The position numbers and the translations under genes are program-made. The notes below the pieces were generated by a model. It was not told the DNA's origin. It did not search any database and saw only the letters and a list, made by a program, of their open reading frames with translations. A DNA stretch of 64,000 bases. Source: an uncultured Gammaproteobacteria bacterium. GTDB taxonomy: Bacteria; Patescibacteriota; Microgenomatia; Levybacterales; GWA1-39-11. The stretch lies in contig CAZVGS010000004.1 in NCBI GenBank assembly GCA_964627245.1, forward strand, positions 22,806-86,805, given 5' to 3'. Shown here piece after piece: positions 29,360 to 37,097 of this stretch. How positions within the stretch are numbered: the stretch's first letter is position 1; every line of letters begins with the position of its first letter.

Positions 29360-30202
29360 TTGATGCGTTTGCTAATATCCACAATTACAACTGCCCCGTT
29401 ACTCGGGGCATTTTTTGTAAATATGACAACACAAAATCAAATAACAGCGTCAAAAAAAGTTGCGCTAACTCTCACCCTTCCGACAATAAATTTTTCGGCA
29501 CTTGCTGTAAAAACCAAAGTTCTTTTATCAAATATTTACAGACCGCTTTCCCAGAATGCCTCAAAAACCGTAAGTGAAGCTTCCTCAAAAGCAAGAAGTT
29601 TTAAGCTTCCAAATCTTAAGGACAAATTCAAATTTAACAAAAGGAGTATCAAATTTATTTTTCCTGCTGTAATTGGGATAGTTATAATTATTTCAATTGT
29701 TTCAATAGTAAGATCGTTTCCTGATGCTCAAAGCAGACCGGTTAATGATAGCAAAGACGTATCCCAAAATGCATTGACAACAATAAATTTGGATAGAAAA
29801 TTCGCTTTTCCATTAAAAGATGAAAACGGTAAAGAGGTAGGGAAATTTGATTATATTATCCAGACATCACAGCTTCAGAGCCAAATTATTGTAAAAGGAC
29901 AAAGAGCAACCGCAATTGACGGAAAGGTTTTTCTAATCCTAAATCTTAAAATAACAAATAATTTAGAACAAACAATACAGCTTAATACTCGAGACTATCT
30001 AAGGTTTATTGTTAAAAGCAATGAAAATGAGCAGTTAGCGCCTGATATTCACAATGATCCTGTCGAAGTTCAGGCAATTTCGACAAAATACACAAGAGTC
30101 GGTATTACAATAGATGAGGTAGATGCTAAAAAACTAATTCAACTTAAGGTTGGTGAAATTGGAGGAGAAAAGCAGAATATTGATCTTAATTTTAAGTACT
30201 AA
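29360..30202 (+). CDS. hypothetical single-pass membrane protein with extracytoplasmic beta-rich domain (DUF4352-like?)
   Basis: TM FIFPAVIGIVIIISIVSIV. C-terminal domain loosely resembles DUF4352. The start codon is uncertain (29360 or 29423). Confidence 0.45.
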   Translation: MMRLLISTITTAPLLGAFFVNMTTQNQITASKKVALTLTLPTINFSALAVKTKVLLSNIYRPLSQNASKTVSEASSKARSFKLPNLKDKFKFNKRSIKFIFPAVIGIVIIISIVSIVRSFPDAQSRPVNDSKDVSQNALTTINLDRKFAFPLKDENGKEVGKFDYIIQTSQLQSQIIVKGQRATAIDGKVFLILNLKITNNLEQTIQLNTRDYLRFIVKSNENEQLAPDIHNDPVEVQAISTKYTRVGITIDEVDAKKLIQLKVGEIGGEKQNIDLNFKY

Positions 30203-30238
30203 TAAGACAGTCTAAGTTTTGATTTTTTCAAAAACACA

Positions 30239-30439
30239 ATGGCACAAAGTACGCAAAAAAAAATTCCGCAACACCTGCTTTCCGAAATTAAAGATGCGTT
30301 GGAAAGTGTCAAATTTGGAAGTATCGAAATCTTCGTTCAAAATAGTGTTGTTACGCAAATTACAGTTAGAAATATCCACAAGACAAGCGTTGAAATAGAA
30401 AAAAGCTCAAATATAGAAAATACAATTAAAGCAATATAG
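30239..30439 (+). CDS. small YezD/DUF2292-like protein
   Basis: LSEIKDALESVKFGSIEIFVQNSVVTQITVRNIHKTS matches the YGSVxIxIQDGxVVQIE-type signature of DUF2292. Assignment is from memory. Confidence 0.5.
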   Translation: MAQSTQKKIPQHLLSEIKDALESVKFGSIEIFVQNSVVTQITVRNIHKTSVEIEKSSNIENTIKAI

Positions 30440-30467
30440 CAATATTGTAATAAGTTCCAAATAGGGC

Positions 30468-30496
30468 TTGACAGTAATCTATATATATTATATAAG
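30468..30496 (+). promoter_or_regulatory. sigma70-type promoter (TTGACA-N17-TATAAG) upstream of the first repeat-protein gene
   Basis: TTGACA at 30468-30473. 17-nt spacer. TATAAG at 30491-30496. Confidence 0.5.
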
Positions 30497-30522
30497 TTAG
30501 ACAAATCGAAAGAGCTGACCGC

Positions 30523-30578
30523 AAACGGAGGCTTCTTCACACAATTTAGTTTTGTGTGCGGAAGTCTCCGTTTTTTTG
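30523..30578 (+). promoter_or_regulatory. long leader hairpin followed by U-tract (intrinsic-terminator/attenuator-like) between the promoter and the start codon of repeat-protein gene 1
   Basis: AACGGAGGCTTC (30524-30535) pairs with GAAGTCTCCGTT (30561-30572), with one G-U wobble. The loop contains an inner CACACAA/TTGTGTG stem. TTTTTTT follows. Confidence 0.55.
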
Positions 30579-30666
30579 TTTCTTGGGGCTACCGGAAATA
30601 AAAATAGGCGGGAGAGATGAAGTGCTCTTGAAAAAGAAATCTTATACAAAAGGAGGTGAAATAAAT

Positions 30667-31887
30667 ATGACAAATTTCAAAAAACAAATCGTTTCAGCAG
30701 CAGCAGCAGGAGCTATGCTTCTTAATGTAGCAGTTCCAGCGTTCGCTTCTACTGAAATCGTAATTTCAGGAAATGGTGCAGATTCTTCTAACTGGTCAAC
30801 AGTTAGCCAATCAAACACCAATTCCGTTACACAAAATAACTCAGCAAACGTTACCAATAATGTAGACGCAGATGCATCAACTGGTGGCAATGACGCTAAC
30901 TTCAATACTGGAGGAGACGTTAATGTTGACACTGGAGATGCGACAACTGACGTTAAGGTTGCCAATGCTCTTAATAGCAATTCTGCAGATGTAGATTGCT
31001 GTGGAGCAGGTAATACTGACGTTGAAATTTCCGGAAACGGAGCAGATTCTGTAAATGGAGTTTCCGTTGGATCTTCCAACACAACTTCTGTTTCTCAGAA
31101 CAATAAAGCAAACGTCAAAAACAATATTGATACGGATGCTAAGACTGGTTACAACGATGCAAATTCCAATACTGGAGGAGACGTTACTGTCAATACCGGA
31201 ATTGCAAAAGCTAGCGCTACTGTTGCTACAATAGCTAACGTTAACTCAGCAAAAGTTGGAGGAGGACTTGGTTTATCTAACCCTTCTGCAAAATTTGTAA
31301 TCTCAGGAAATGGAGCAAATTCAAATAACTCCATTCAAGCAGGACTCACAAATGTTACCGCCGTAGAGCAAGATAACAGTGCTCATGTTAAGAATAACGT
31401 TGATGCAGATGCATCAACTGGTGGTAATGACGCTAACTTTAACACCGGAGGAGAAGTAACTATCGACACCGGAGATGCGACAACTGATGTTGACGTTGCT
31501 AACGCCGTTAACTTCAACCACGCAGATGTTGATTGCGGGTGTCTTATGGATGTCCTTGCAAAAGTCGCCGGAAACGGAGCTGATACAAAAAACATCATTA
31601 CTTTAGGTCTTGCTAATGTGCAATCAATGGCACAGGACAACGGAGCTTGCCTATACAACGATGTAGATGGAGAAGCAAAGACCGGTGATAATGACGCGAA
31701 CTCCAACACTGGAGAAGCTGATACTGATCCAACTGTTAACACCGGAAACGCTACATCAAATACTGATGTAGAAAATGAAGGTAATGTTAATAATGTTGGT
31801 GGACTTTTCAGCATGCCTGAAATGCCTGATGTCGATTTCGACTTCAGTTTTGCATTTCTTTGGGCTTGGTTTGGAATGTCAGTTTAA
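30667..31887 (+). CDS. secreted tandem-repeat protein, paralogue 1 (four ~90-aa N/T/G/D-rich repeats with Cys pairs; hydrophobic C-terminus)
   Basis: SD AAAGGAGGTGA 8 nt upstream of the ATG at 30667. Signal peptide MTNFKKQIVSAAAAGAMLLNVAVPAFA. Repeats share ISGNGADS...NVTNNVDADASTGGNDANFNTGGDV..DTGDATTDV...DCC/DCGC. The ORF-track start at 30556 is an upstream extension. Confidence 0.75.
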   Translation: MTNFKKQIVSAAAAGAMLLNVAVPAFASTEIVISGNGADSSNWSTVSQSNTNSVTQNNSANVTNNVDADASTGGNDANFNTGGDVNVDTGDATTDVKVANALNSNSADVDCCGAGNTDVEISGNGADSVNGVSVGSSNTTSVSQNNKANVKNNIDTDAKTGYNDANSNTGGDVTVNTGIAKASATVATIANVNSAKVGGGLGLSNPSAKFVISGNGANSNNSIQAGLTNVTAVEQDNSAHVKNNVDADASTGGNDANFNTGGEVTIDTGDATTDVDVANAVNFNHADVDCGCLMDVLAKVAGNGADTKNIITLGLANVQSMAQDNGACLYNDVDGEAKTGDNDANSNTGEADTDPTVNTGNATSNTDVENEGNVNNVGGLFSMPEMPDVDFDFSFAFLWAWFGMSV

Positions 31888-32012
31888 TTTGGTTAATGTA
31901 GGGTGAATTGCTAGCACTTCGGCAGGACACCCTACAACCAAAATAGGAATAGATAGAAGATAAAAAATATAGAAAACAATTTAATAATAGGACAATTAAA
32001 AAATAAATAATT

Positions 32013-34229
32013 ATGAATATTGGACAACTCAAAAAATTAATAGCTTCATTTTTGATATTGGTACTATTAACTGGAAAATTGGTTTTAATCCCAGTTGCGG
32101 TATATGCGGAGGATGCGCCAACGCCTCCTGAAAATACAATGGTTGCGCCAACCGCGCCAACCGCGCCAACGCCTCCTGAAAATACAATGGTTGCGCCAAC
32201 CGCGCCAACCGCGCCAACGCCTCCTGAAAATACAATGGTTGCGCCAAACGCGCCAACCGCGCCGGAAGCACCAACTGGGCCAAACTCTTCCGAAGAACAG
32301 GCAATCCAATCAGCAGTAAATGAGCAGCCTCAAGAGGGAGGTAGTGGATCAGGAAATGTTGGAGATACAGCTATTAATACTGGAGATGGTAACAATAGCG
32401 GTTACATTAACAACACTGGAAACAACAATTTAGCAACCGGTTTTTGCCCAACATGCGCCGGAAGTGCAACTGTTGCAAATACAGGTAACGGAGCAGGATC
32501 AACAAATAATGGTTCAGCAACCACAACTACAAACAATAATCTTGGGCAGGGAAACAGCGCAGTTGTTGCAAACGACCTTAATCAAGCAACAGTAACAGGT
32601 GGAAATAACGCTTCATATAATGTAGGCAACTCATCTATAACAACCGGGGATGCAAATGTAACAGGAACAATCATTAACTCTATTAATACCAACGTTGATG
32701 GTGTAATGGTCAGTGAATTTAACATCGCAGATGATCATACTGGGGATATAATTTTAGACTTTGCTGCAAATTGTGTACAAGGCTGTAACGGACAAAGCAT
32801 TGCTAATAACACTGGAAATGGAGATGGATCAACAAATACTGCAGCAACCGACACAACGACTAATAACACTACAAATCAAACAAATGATGCTAATGTTTCA
32901 AATGGCATGACACTTGTTGCTAACTCCGGAGATAATGACTCAAGCTTTAATACAGGTGGCAACTCATCTATAACAACCGGGGATGCTAATGTGTCAGCAA
33001 ATGCTGTTACTCTTGCAAATAACAACTTTGCCGGAGACGTAATATACGGAGTAGTAAATATATTTGGAGATTTAATTGGAGACATAATACTTACTCAAGA
33101 GATGATGGATACTATCTGCGGAGGAACATGCACAGGATCAACAACTGCTATCAACTCTGATAATGGTGCAAATTCCACAAATACTGCTAACGCAACGAAT
33201 ACTACAAACAATAACACTTTCCAATCAAATGATGCGGATATCAGTAACCTTTTGACAGTTGATGCAACAACCGGAGGTAATAACACAAGCTATAACACAG
33301 GTGGAAACTCAAGCATGACGACTGGTGATGCAAATGTGGATGTAAATGTACTTAATATTGCCAATATGAACCTTGCAGGCGGCACATACTGGTTAGTACT
33401 TGTGAATGAGGCAGGAAACTGGATCGGGAAGATAATGGGTGGGCAAGAAGGTTCAAATGTCGCAGGATCTTCTCTAATGGAATTTCTTATCGACCCAATA
33501 ACCGGTGCAGTAACTGCTATGACAAGCGGAAACGGCAACAATTCAACCAATACTTCAACAGCAAACAACACTACCAATAACACAATTAACCAAACAAATA
33601 ACGCAGTTATCAACAACAACTTGAATCTCACAGCAAATACAGGTGGAAATGATGCAAATTACAATACGGGTGGTAACTCAAACATCGTAACAGGGGATGC
33701 TAACATAGTTGCAAATATAGTTAATTTTGTTAACAACAATATAGTAGGTGACGGAAAATTGGTTGTCACGGTTATCAATGTATTCGGAAGCTGGTTTGGG
33801 GACTTTATTGGACCGGGACAGACGAAGACTGCTTCGACTGCACATGAGTCAAATAACCAACAGCAAGTTGCCGTAAATACTAATAACTCTAATAGCAATC
33901 CAAACAATTCTTTCTCAACTGTTGCAGGAGCAGCAGGGTCAGCACAAGTAGAGAGTCAGGTCAGCGGTACGGTTGGGGCTGCAAAAAGCAAAGCTTTTGC
34001 ATTTGGTAATGTTCAAGGATCAAATACATCTAATAAGACCAATTCTGAAGCTACTGTTGCAAAAAGCGTAGGGCAAGACGGTTCTGCGGCAGTAGCTGAT
34101 AAAAAACTGACTATAAATCTAGCATGGTTATTACTTGCACTTCCTTTAACAGGGTTTGCACTTCTGATTAAAAAATCATTTGTACCTGTCCAAAGACTCG
34201 CGATTCGGGGAATAAATATCTTCTTATGA
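32013..34229 (+). CDS. secreted tandem-repeat protein, paralogue 2 (738 aa; N-terminal Pro-rich 16-aa x3 repeats then 6+ N/T/G-rich repeats; C-terminal LPLTG-containing hydrophobic tail)
   Basis: Signal peptide. APTPPENTMVAPTAPT x3. Repeated skeleton NTGNG.GSTNT...NQ.N.A.V.N...A.TGGN...NTGGNSSITTGDANV. Cys pairs GFCPTCAG, CVQGCNG, CGGTCTG. C-terminus ...LAWLLLALPLTGFALLIKKS. Confidence 0.75.
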   Translation: MNIGQLKKLIASFLILVLLTGKLVLIPVAVYAEDAPTPPENTMVAPTAPTAPTPPENTMVAPTAPTAPTPPENTMVAPNAPTAPEAPTGPNSSEEQAIQSAVNEQPQEGGSGSGNVGDTAINTGDGNNSGYINNTGNNNLATGFCPTCAGSATVANTGNGAGSTNNGSATTTTNNNLGQGNSAVVANDLNQATVTGGNNASYNVGNSSITTGDANVTGTIINSINTNVDGVMVSEFNIADDHTGDIILDFAANCVQGCNGQSIANNTGNGDGSTNTAATDTTTNNTTNQTNDANVSNGMTLVANSGDNDSSFNTGGNSSITTGDANVSANAVTLANNNFAGDVIYGVVNIFGDLIGDIILTQEMMDTICGGTCTGSTTAINSDNGANSTNTANATNTTNNNTFQSNDADISNLLTVDATTGGNNTSYNTGGNSSMTTGDANVDVNVLNIANMNLAGGTYWLVLVNEAGNWIGKIMGGQEGSNVAGSSLMEFLIDPITGAVTAMTSGNGNNSTNTSTANNTTNNTINQTNNAVINNNLNLTANTGGNDANYNTGGNSNIVTGDANIVANIVNFVNNNIVGDGKLVVTVINVFGSWFGDFIGPGQTKTASTAHESNNQQQVAVNTNNSNSNPNNSFSTVAGAAGSAQVESQVSGTVGAAKSKAFAFGNVQGSNTSNKTNSEATVAKSVGQDGSAAVADKKLTINLAWLLLALPLTGFALLIKKSFVPVQRLAIRGINIFL
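32115..32270 (+). repeat. three tandem copies of a 48-nt coding repeat (encodes APTPPENTMVAPTAPT) inside paralogue 2
   Basis: Unit GCGCCAACGCCTCCTGAAAATACAATGGTTGCGCCAACCGCGCCAACC repeats at 32115, 32163 and 32211. The third copy is slightly diverged. Confidence 0.85.
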
Positions 34230-35341
34230 TGAAAAAGGCTGCACTTTTTGTGGCCTGCCTAATCCTAAATTTAGCATTTGTTTCAAAGGCGCAAGCAGAA
34301 CAGATAGTTATAGAAGTAACCAACAACGGGGGCAGTTCTTCTAATGAAGTTAATACAGTTCAGCAATCAACAACTCAAGTTAACCAAAGCAATGAGGAAA
34401 ATATAGAAAATAACGTTGATAATAACGCAAATACAGGTAATAACGACGCCTCTTCGAATATGGGTGGGAACGCAAATATCAATACCGGAGACATTAATTT
34501 AACAACAAATGTTAGTAATGAGAATATTAACTCAAATAGCGTTACTATTGACACCTGCTGCAATCAAGGGAGTCAGATAAGGGTGAGTGGAAATGGGGAA
34601 AATTCAACTAATGTTATTTCTGCTAATAATTACAACACAGCATCATCATTCCAAAAAAATTCGACAAATATCTCAAATAACATAAATATTTATGCTAATA
34701 CTGGATACAATAAAGCTTCGTATAACGGTGGAGATACATCTATTGTAACGGGAAATATAAAGGCTAATACGGCTGTCATCAACAAAAATATTAATAATAG
34801 TTTTGCATCAATCGATAGTTTTGTGGGTAGCGCAATTATCAAAATATCCGGGAATGGAGCAGGTTCTGAGAATGTTGTCTATCTTGGTCAAAGTAACTCG
34901 GCAAATTCTGAAGTAGTAAATATTGCAAACATCATAAATAACATTGATCAAATTCTAAATACTGGAGGAAATGAAGCACTAAAAAATATAGGCGACGTTG
35001 CAGTTATTACAGGAGATATTGAAAGCAATATAACTGTCGAAAATGAAAATATCAACAGCAGTATTGCTGATATAGATTGTGCCTGTGATGACCCGGAGGA
35101 TCCACCTACGCCTCCAACTCCGCCGGTTTTGCCAACAAATCCATCGATAACACCTGATGTATCTTACGTTCAACCATCTTCAGGGAATTCTGATGGGGGA
35201 TCCTCAGCCGGCAGTACGCTTCCTGCCACTGGAACCACAATTCCATACACTTTGATTGCAACACTTATTCTATTTTTTCTTCTCCTTTCAGGACTGTATC
35301 TGCGCTTCCATTTAGCAAATGCACCACCTGCACGAGTTTAG
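34226..35341 (+). CDS. secreted tandem-repeat protein, paralogue 3, with C-terminal LPATG sortase sorting signal
   Basis: Signal peptide MMKKAALFVACLILNLAFVSKAQA. N/T/G-rich repeats carry the TGNNDASSNMGGNANINTGDINL pattern and CC / CAC Cys pairs. C-terminus is PTPPTPP linker, LPATG, hydrophobic TLIATLILFFLLLSGLYL, then RFH. ATGA overlap with paralogue 2. Confidence 0.8.
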   Translation: MMKKAALFVACLILNLAFVSKAQAEQIVIEVTNNGGSSSNEVNTVQQSTTQVNQSNEENIENNVDNNANTGNNDASSNMGGNANINTGDINLTTNVSNENINSNSVTIDTCCNQGSQIRVSGNGENSTNVISANNYNTASSFQKNSTNISNNINIYANTGYNKASYNGGDTSIVTGNIKANTAVINKNINNSFASIDSFVGSAIIKISGNGAGSENVVYLGQSNSANSEVVNIANIINNIDQILNTGGNEALKNIGDVAVITGDIESNITVENENINSSIADIDCACDDPEDPPTPPTPPVLPTNPSITPDVSYVQPSSGNSDGGSSAGSTLPATGTTIPYTLIATLILFFLLLSGLYLRFHLANAPPARV

Positions 35342-35353
35342 TTTTCAAACCGC

Positions 35354-35376
35354 AAAAACCCCGAAAGGGGTTTTTT
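35354..35376 (+). terminator. rho-independent terminator after the LPATG protein gene
   Basis: AAAAACCCC GAAA GGGGTTTTTT hairpin with a U-tract. Confidence 0.75.
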
Positions 35377-35447
35377 GATGGTTTGGATAACTTATCCTGA
35401 GCATGCCGAAGGGTTGATTTATCCACATTTTTTGGTAGTATCGCAAC

Positions 35448-36005
35448 ATGAGTAAAAAAATACAAAAAAGAATTGGGGAAGCAATGATAACAACTGCCAT
35501 TTTAGGCTTAACTTCTATTTATTATCCATATGTAAAAGAATTATTATTTCCAGCAGTCTATACCGTTGAAGAAAAGAGAAGCGTTGAGTTTTCCATAGAA
35601 ATCCCGTCATTAAATGTTTTCTCGAAAGTTATTGAGAGGGTTGATGCATTTAATAAAGATATTTATATAGAGGAACTCAAGAAAGGTGTTGCGCATGCAA
35701 AGAATTCAAAGCTTCCTGGGGAGGGTGGAACTGTGTACCTTTTTGCACATTCATCAGATGTTCCATGGAGAATAACGCGCTACAATACTGCCTTTTTCAA
35801 GCTTGAGAATGTAAAAAATGGGGATAAAATTTTGATAAACAGAAATGGAGAAAAGTTTGAGTACGAAGTGTTTGATAAAAAAGTTGTCTGGCCTAATGAA
35901 GTAGAGTATCTAAAAGAGGATCAGGGGGATATTTTGATACTTCAGACCTGTACGCCTATTGGAACGGACCTGCAGAGGCTTTTGGTTATTGCAAAACCCA
36001 CCTAA
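35448..36005 (+). CDS. sortase (transpeptidase) family protein
   Basis: N-terminal TM anchor. His in LFAHSSD. Active-site Cys in ILQTCTP (TLxTC motif). Downstream Arg in DLQRLLV. Adjacent to the LPATG substrate. Confidence 0.8.
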   Translation: MSKKIQKRIGEAMITTAILGLTSIYYPYVKELLFPAVYTVEEKRSVEFSIEIPSLNVFSKVIERVDAFNKDIYIEELKKGVAHAKNSKLPGEGGTVYLFAHSSDVPWRITRYNTAFFKLENVKNGDKILINRNGEKFEYEVFDKKVVWPNEVEYLKEDQGDILILQTCTPIGTDLQRLLVIAKPT

Positions 36006-36088
36006 GAATTAAGTATTAAGAATTTATTTCTTATATACTAACTTTTAAAACCTTTAGTGGTGGTTGTAATCAATACTATGGATTACAA

Positions 36089-36116
36089 TAACCCCCCTCG
36101 GGCAAGGAGGGGGTTA
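36089..36116. terminator. GC-rich hairpin between convergent sortase gene and paralogue 4 (bidirectional terminator)
   Basis: CCCCCCTC ... GAGGGGG stem (36093-36099 / 36107-36113) with a 7-nt loop. Flanked by AT-rich sequence. Confidence 0.6.
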
Positions 36117-36140
36117 TGCGTTTCAATCGAATTGAAACAT

Positions 36141-36734
36141 TTAGTTAGTGTTAGTAGATCCACCAACTTCTACTCCAACTGCATTACTTGCGTCTCCAGT
36201 TGTTATGGAGTTGTTTCCGCCTGAATTGAAGCTAGAGCTGTTTCCTCCGGTACTTGAGCTTGTACTTACCCAAGTGTTGACCACGCTGGTGTTATTTTGA
36301 GTTACGGAATTTGAATTCCACTCAAAAATTCCAACATGATTGGAGCTTCCTGGTCCATTTCCGGAAATAGTCACGTCGTTTGAAGAGCCGGATTCACAAC
36401 CGCAATCATTTGAATTGGTGTTGGTTCCTCCGGTTACAGATACGCCGACTACATTTGAAGCACTGCCGGTCATGATGGTATTTGTGCCACCCATGTTAAA
36501 GCTTGACGAATTGTATCCGGTTTTAGCCTTTGCATTTACTCCGGTATTTACAACAGTTGTATTATTTTGAGTAACACTTTTTTTGGCCACAGTTGTTACA
36601 TGTGCTTTATTCCAGGACCATGCGCTGTTATTTTTTATTGTTACAGTGTTTGCAGCAAATGATGCCGGTGCTACCACTGACGCCATCATCGCTCCGATTG
36701 CAAGACCTGATGTTATTTTTTGCTTTATATTCAT
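36141..36734 (-). CDS. secreted tandem-repeat protein, paralogue 4 (197 aa, two repeats, CGC Cys cluster)
   Basis: SD GGGGGTGA before the ATG. Signal peptide MNIKQKITSGLAIGAMMASVVAPASFA is homologous to that of paralogue 1. Repeats carry VTQNNT.VVNT...TGGNSSSFN.GG...TGDASNAVGV. Confidence 0.75.
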   Translation of the reverse strand: MNIKQKITSGLAIGAMMASVVAPASFAANTVTIKNNSAWSWNKAHVTTVAKKSVTQNNTTVVNTGVNAKAKTGYNSSSFNMGGTNTIMTGSASNVVGVSVTGGTNTNSNDCGCESGSSNDVTISGNGPGSSNHVGIFEWNSNSVTQNNTSVVNTWVSTSSSTGGNSSSFNSGGNNSITTGDASNAVGVEVGGSTNTN

Positions 36735-36798
36735 TTATTTCACCCCCTTTCAATTGAAATCTGCCTGCCAAATTTCTTTTGGAATTAGTATCACCGCA

Positions 36799-36828
36799 CA
36801 AAAAAACCCTTCGACAAGCTCAGGGTTT
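36799..36828 (-). promoter_or_regulatory. hairpin + U-tract in the 5' leader (minus strand) of paralogue 4; attenuator/terminator-like
   Basis: On the minus strand AAACCCT-N11-AGGGTTT is followed by TTTTTTT. It lies ~70 nt upstream of the start codon at 36734. Confidence 0.45.
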
Positions 36829-37059
36829 ATAAGTGTTTGTAAGTTGTTACTAACATAGGCAGTTCAAAAGTATTTATTGCCTCATCTGGCTTACGCTCAT
36901 AATCGGCAGTTCAAAAAAACAACGGAATTAATTCTGTGGGGGCAAGAAACCATGTTCATTATATGATTTGCATTGCCAGACCTGTCAAGACTAACAATCT
37001 ATATACAATTGTTTGTTAAGATATCATACGAAAGAAGTAAGAGATTTAGCCTATATTCC

Positions 37060-37089
37060 TTGACTTCTAAGGCTAATTTCTGCTAAAAT
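37060..37089 (+). promoter_or_regulatory. sigma70-type promoter (TTGACT-N18-TAAAAT) ending 8 nt before the nusA ATG (leaderless or near-leaderless mRNA)
   Basis: TTGACT at 37060-37065. TAAAAT at 37084-37089. ATG at 37098. Confidence 0.45.
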
Positions 37090-37097
37090 AGATAGCA

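Noticed and set aside
30556-30666. The upstream extension of the repeat-protein ORF (MRKSPFFCFLG...) given in the ORF track.
   Set aside because: A strong SD (AAAGGAGGTGA) and an ATG at 30667 that begins a classical signal peptide make 30667 the start. The extension overlaps the leader hairpin and U-tract.
32115-32270. A CRISPR array.
   Set aside because: The only regular tandem repeat in the window is this in-frame 48-nt protein-coding repeat. It has no spacers, and no cas genes are present.
32029-32319. Three overlapping 74-91-aa ORFs on both strands, each with internally repetitive sequence.
   Set aside because: They are artefacts of the perfect 48-nt tandem repeat inside the well-supported paralogue-2 CDS.
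30667-35341. RTX/beta-roll or curli-type identity for the repeat proteins.
   Set aside because: The recurrent TGGNDANFNTGG does not fit the GGxGxDxUx nonapeptide. It has no regular Asp spacing and does not fit the curli S-x5-Q-x-G-x-G-N pattern.
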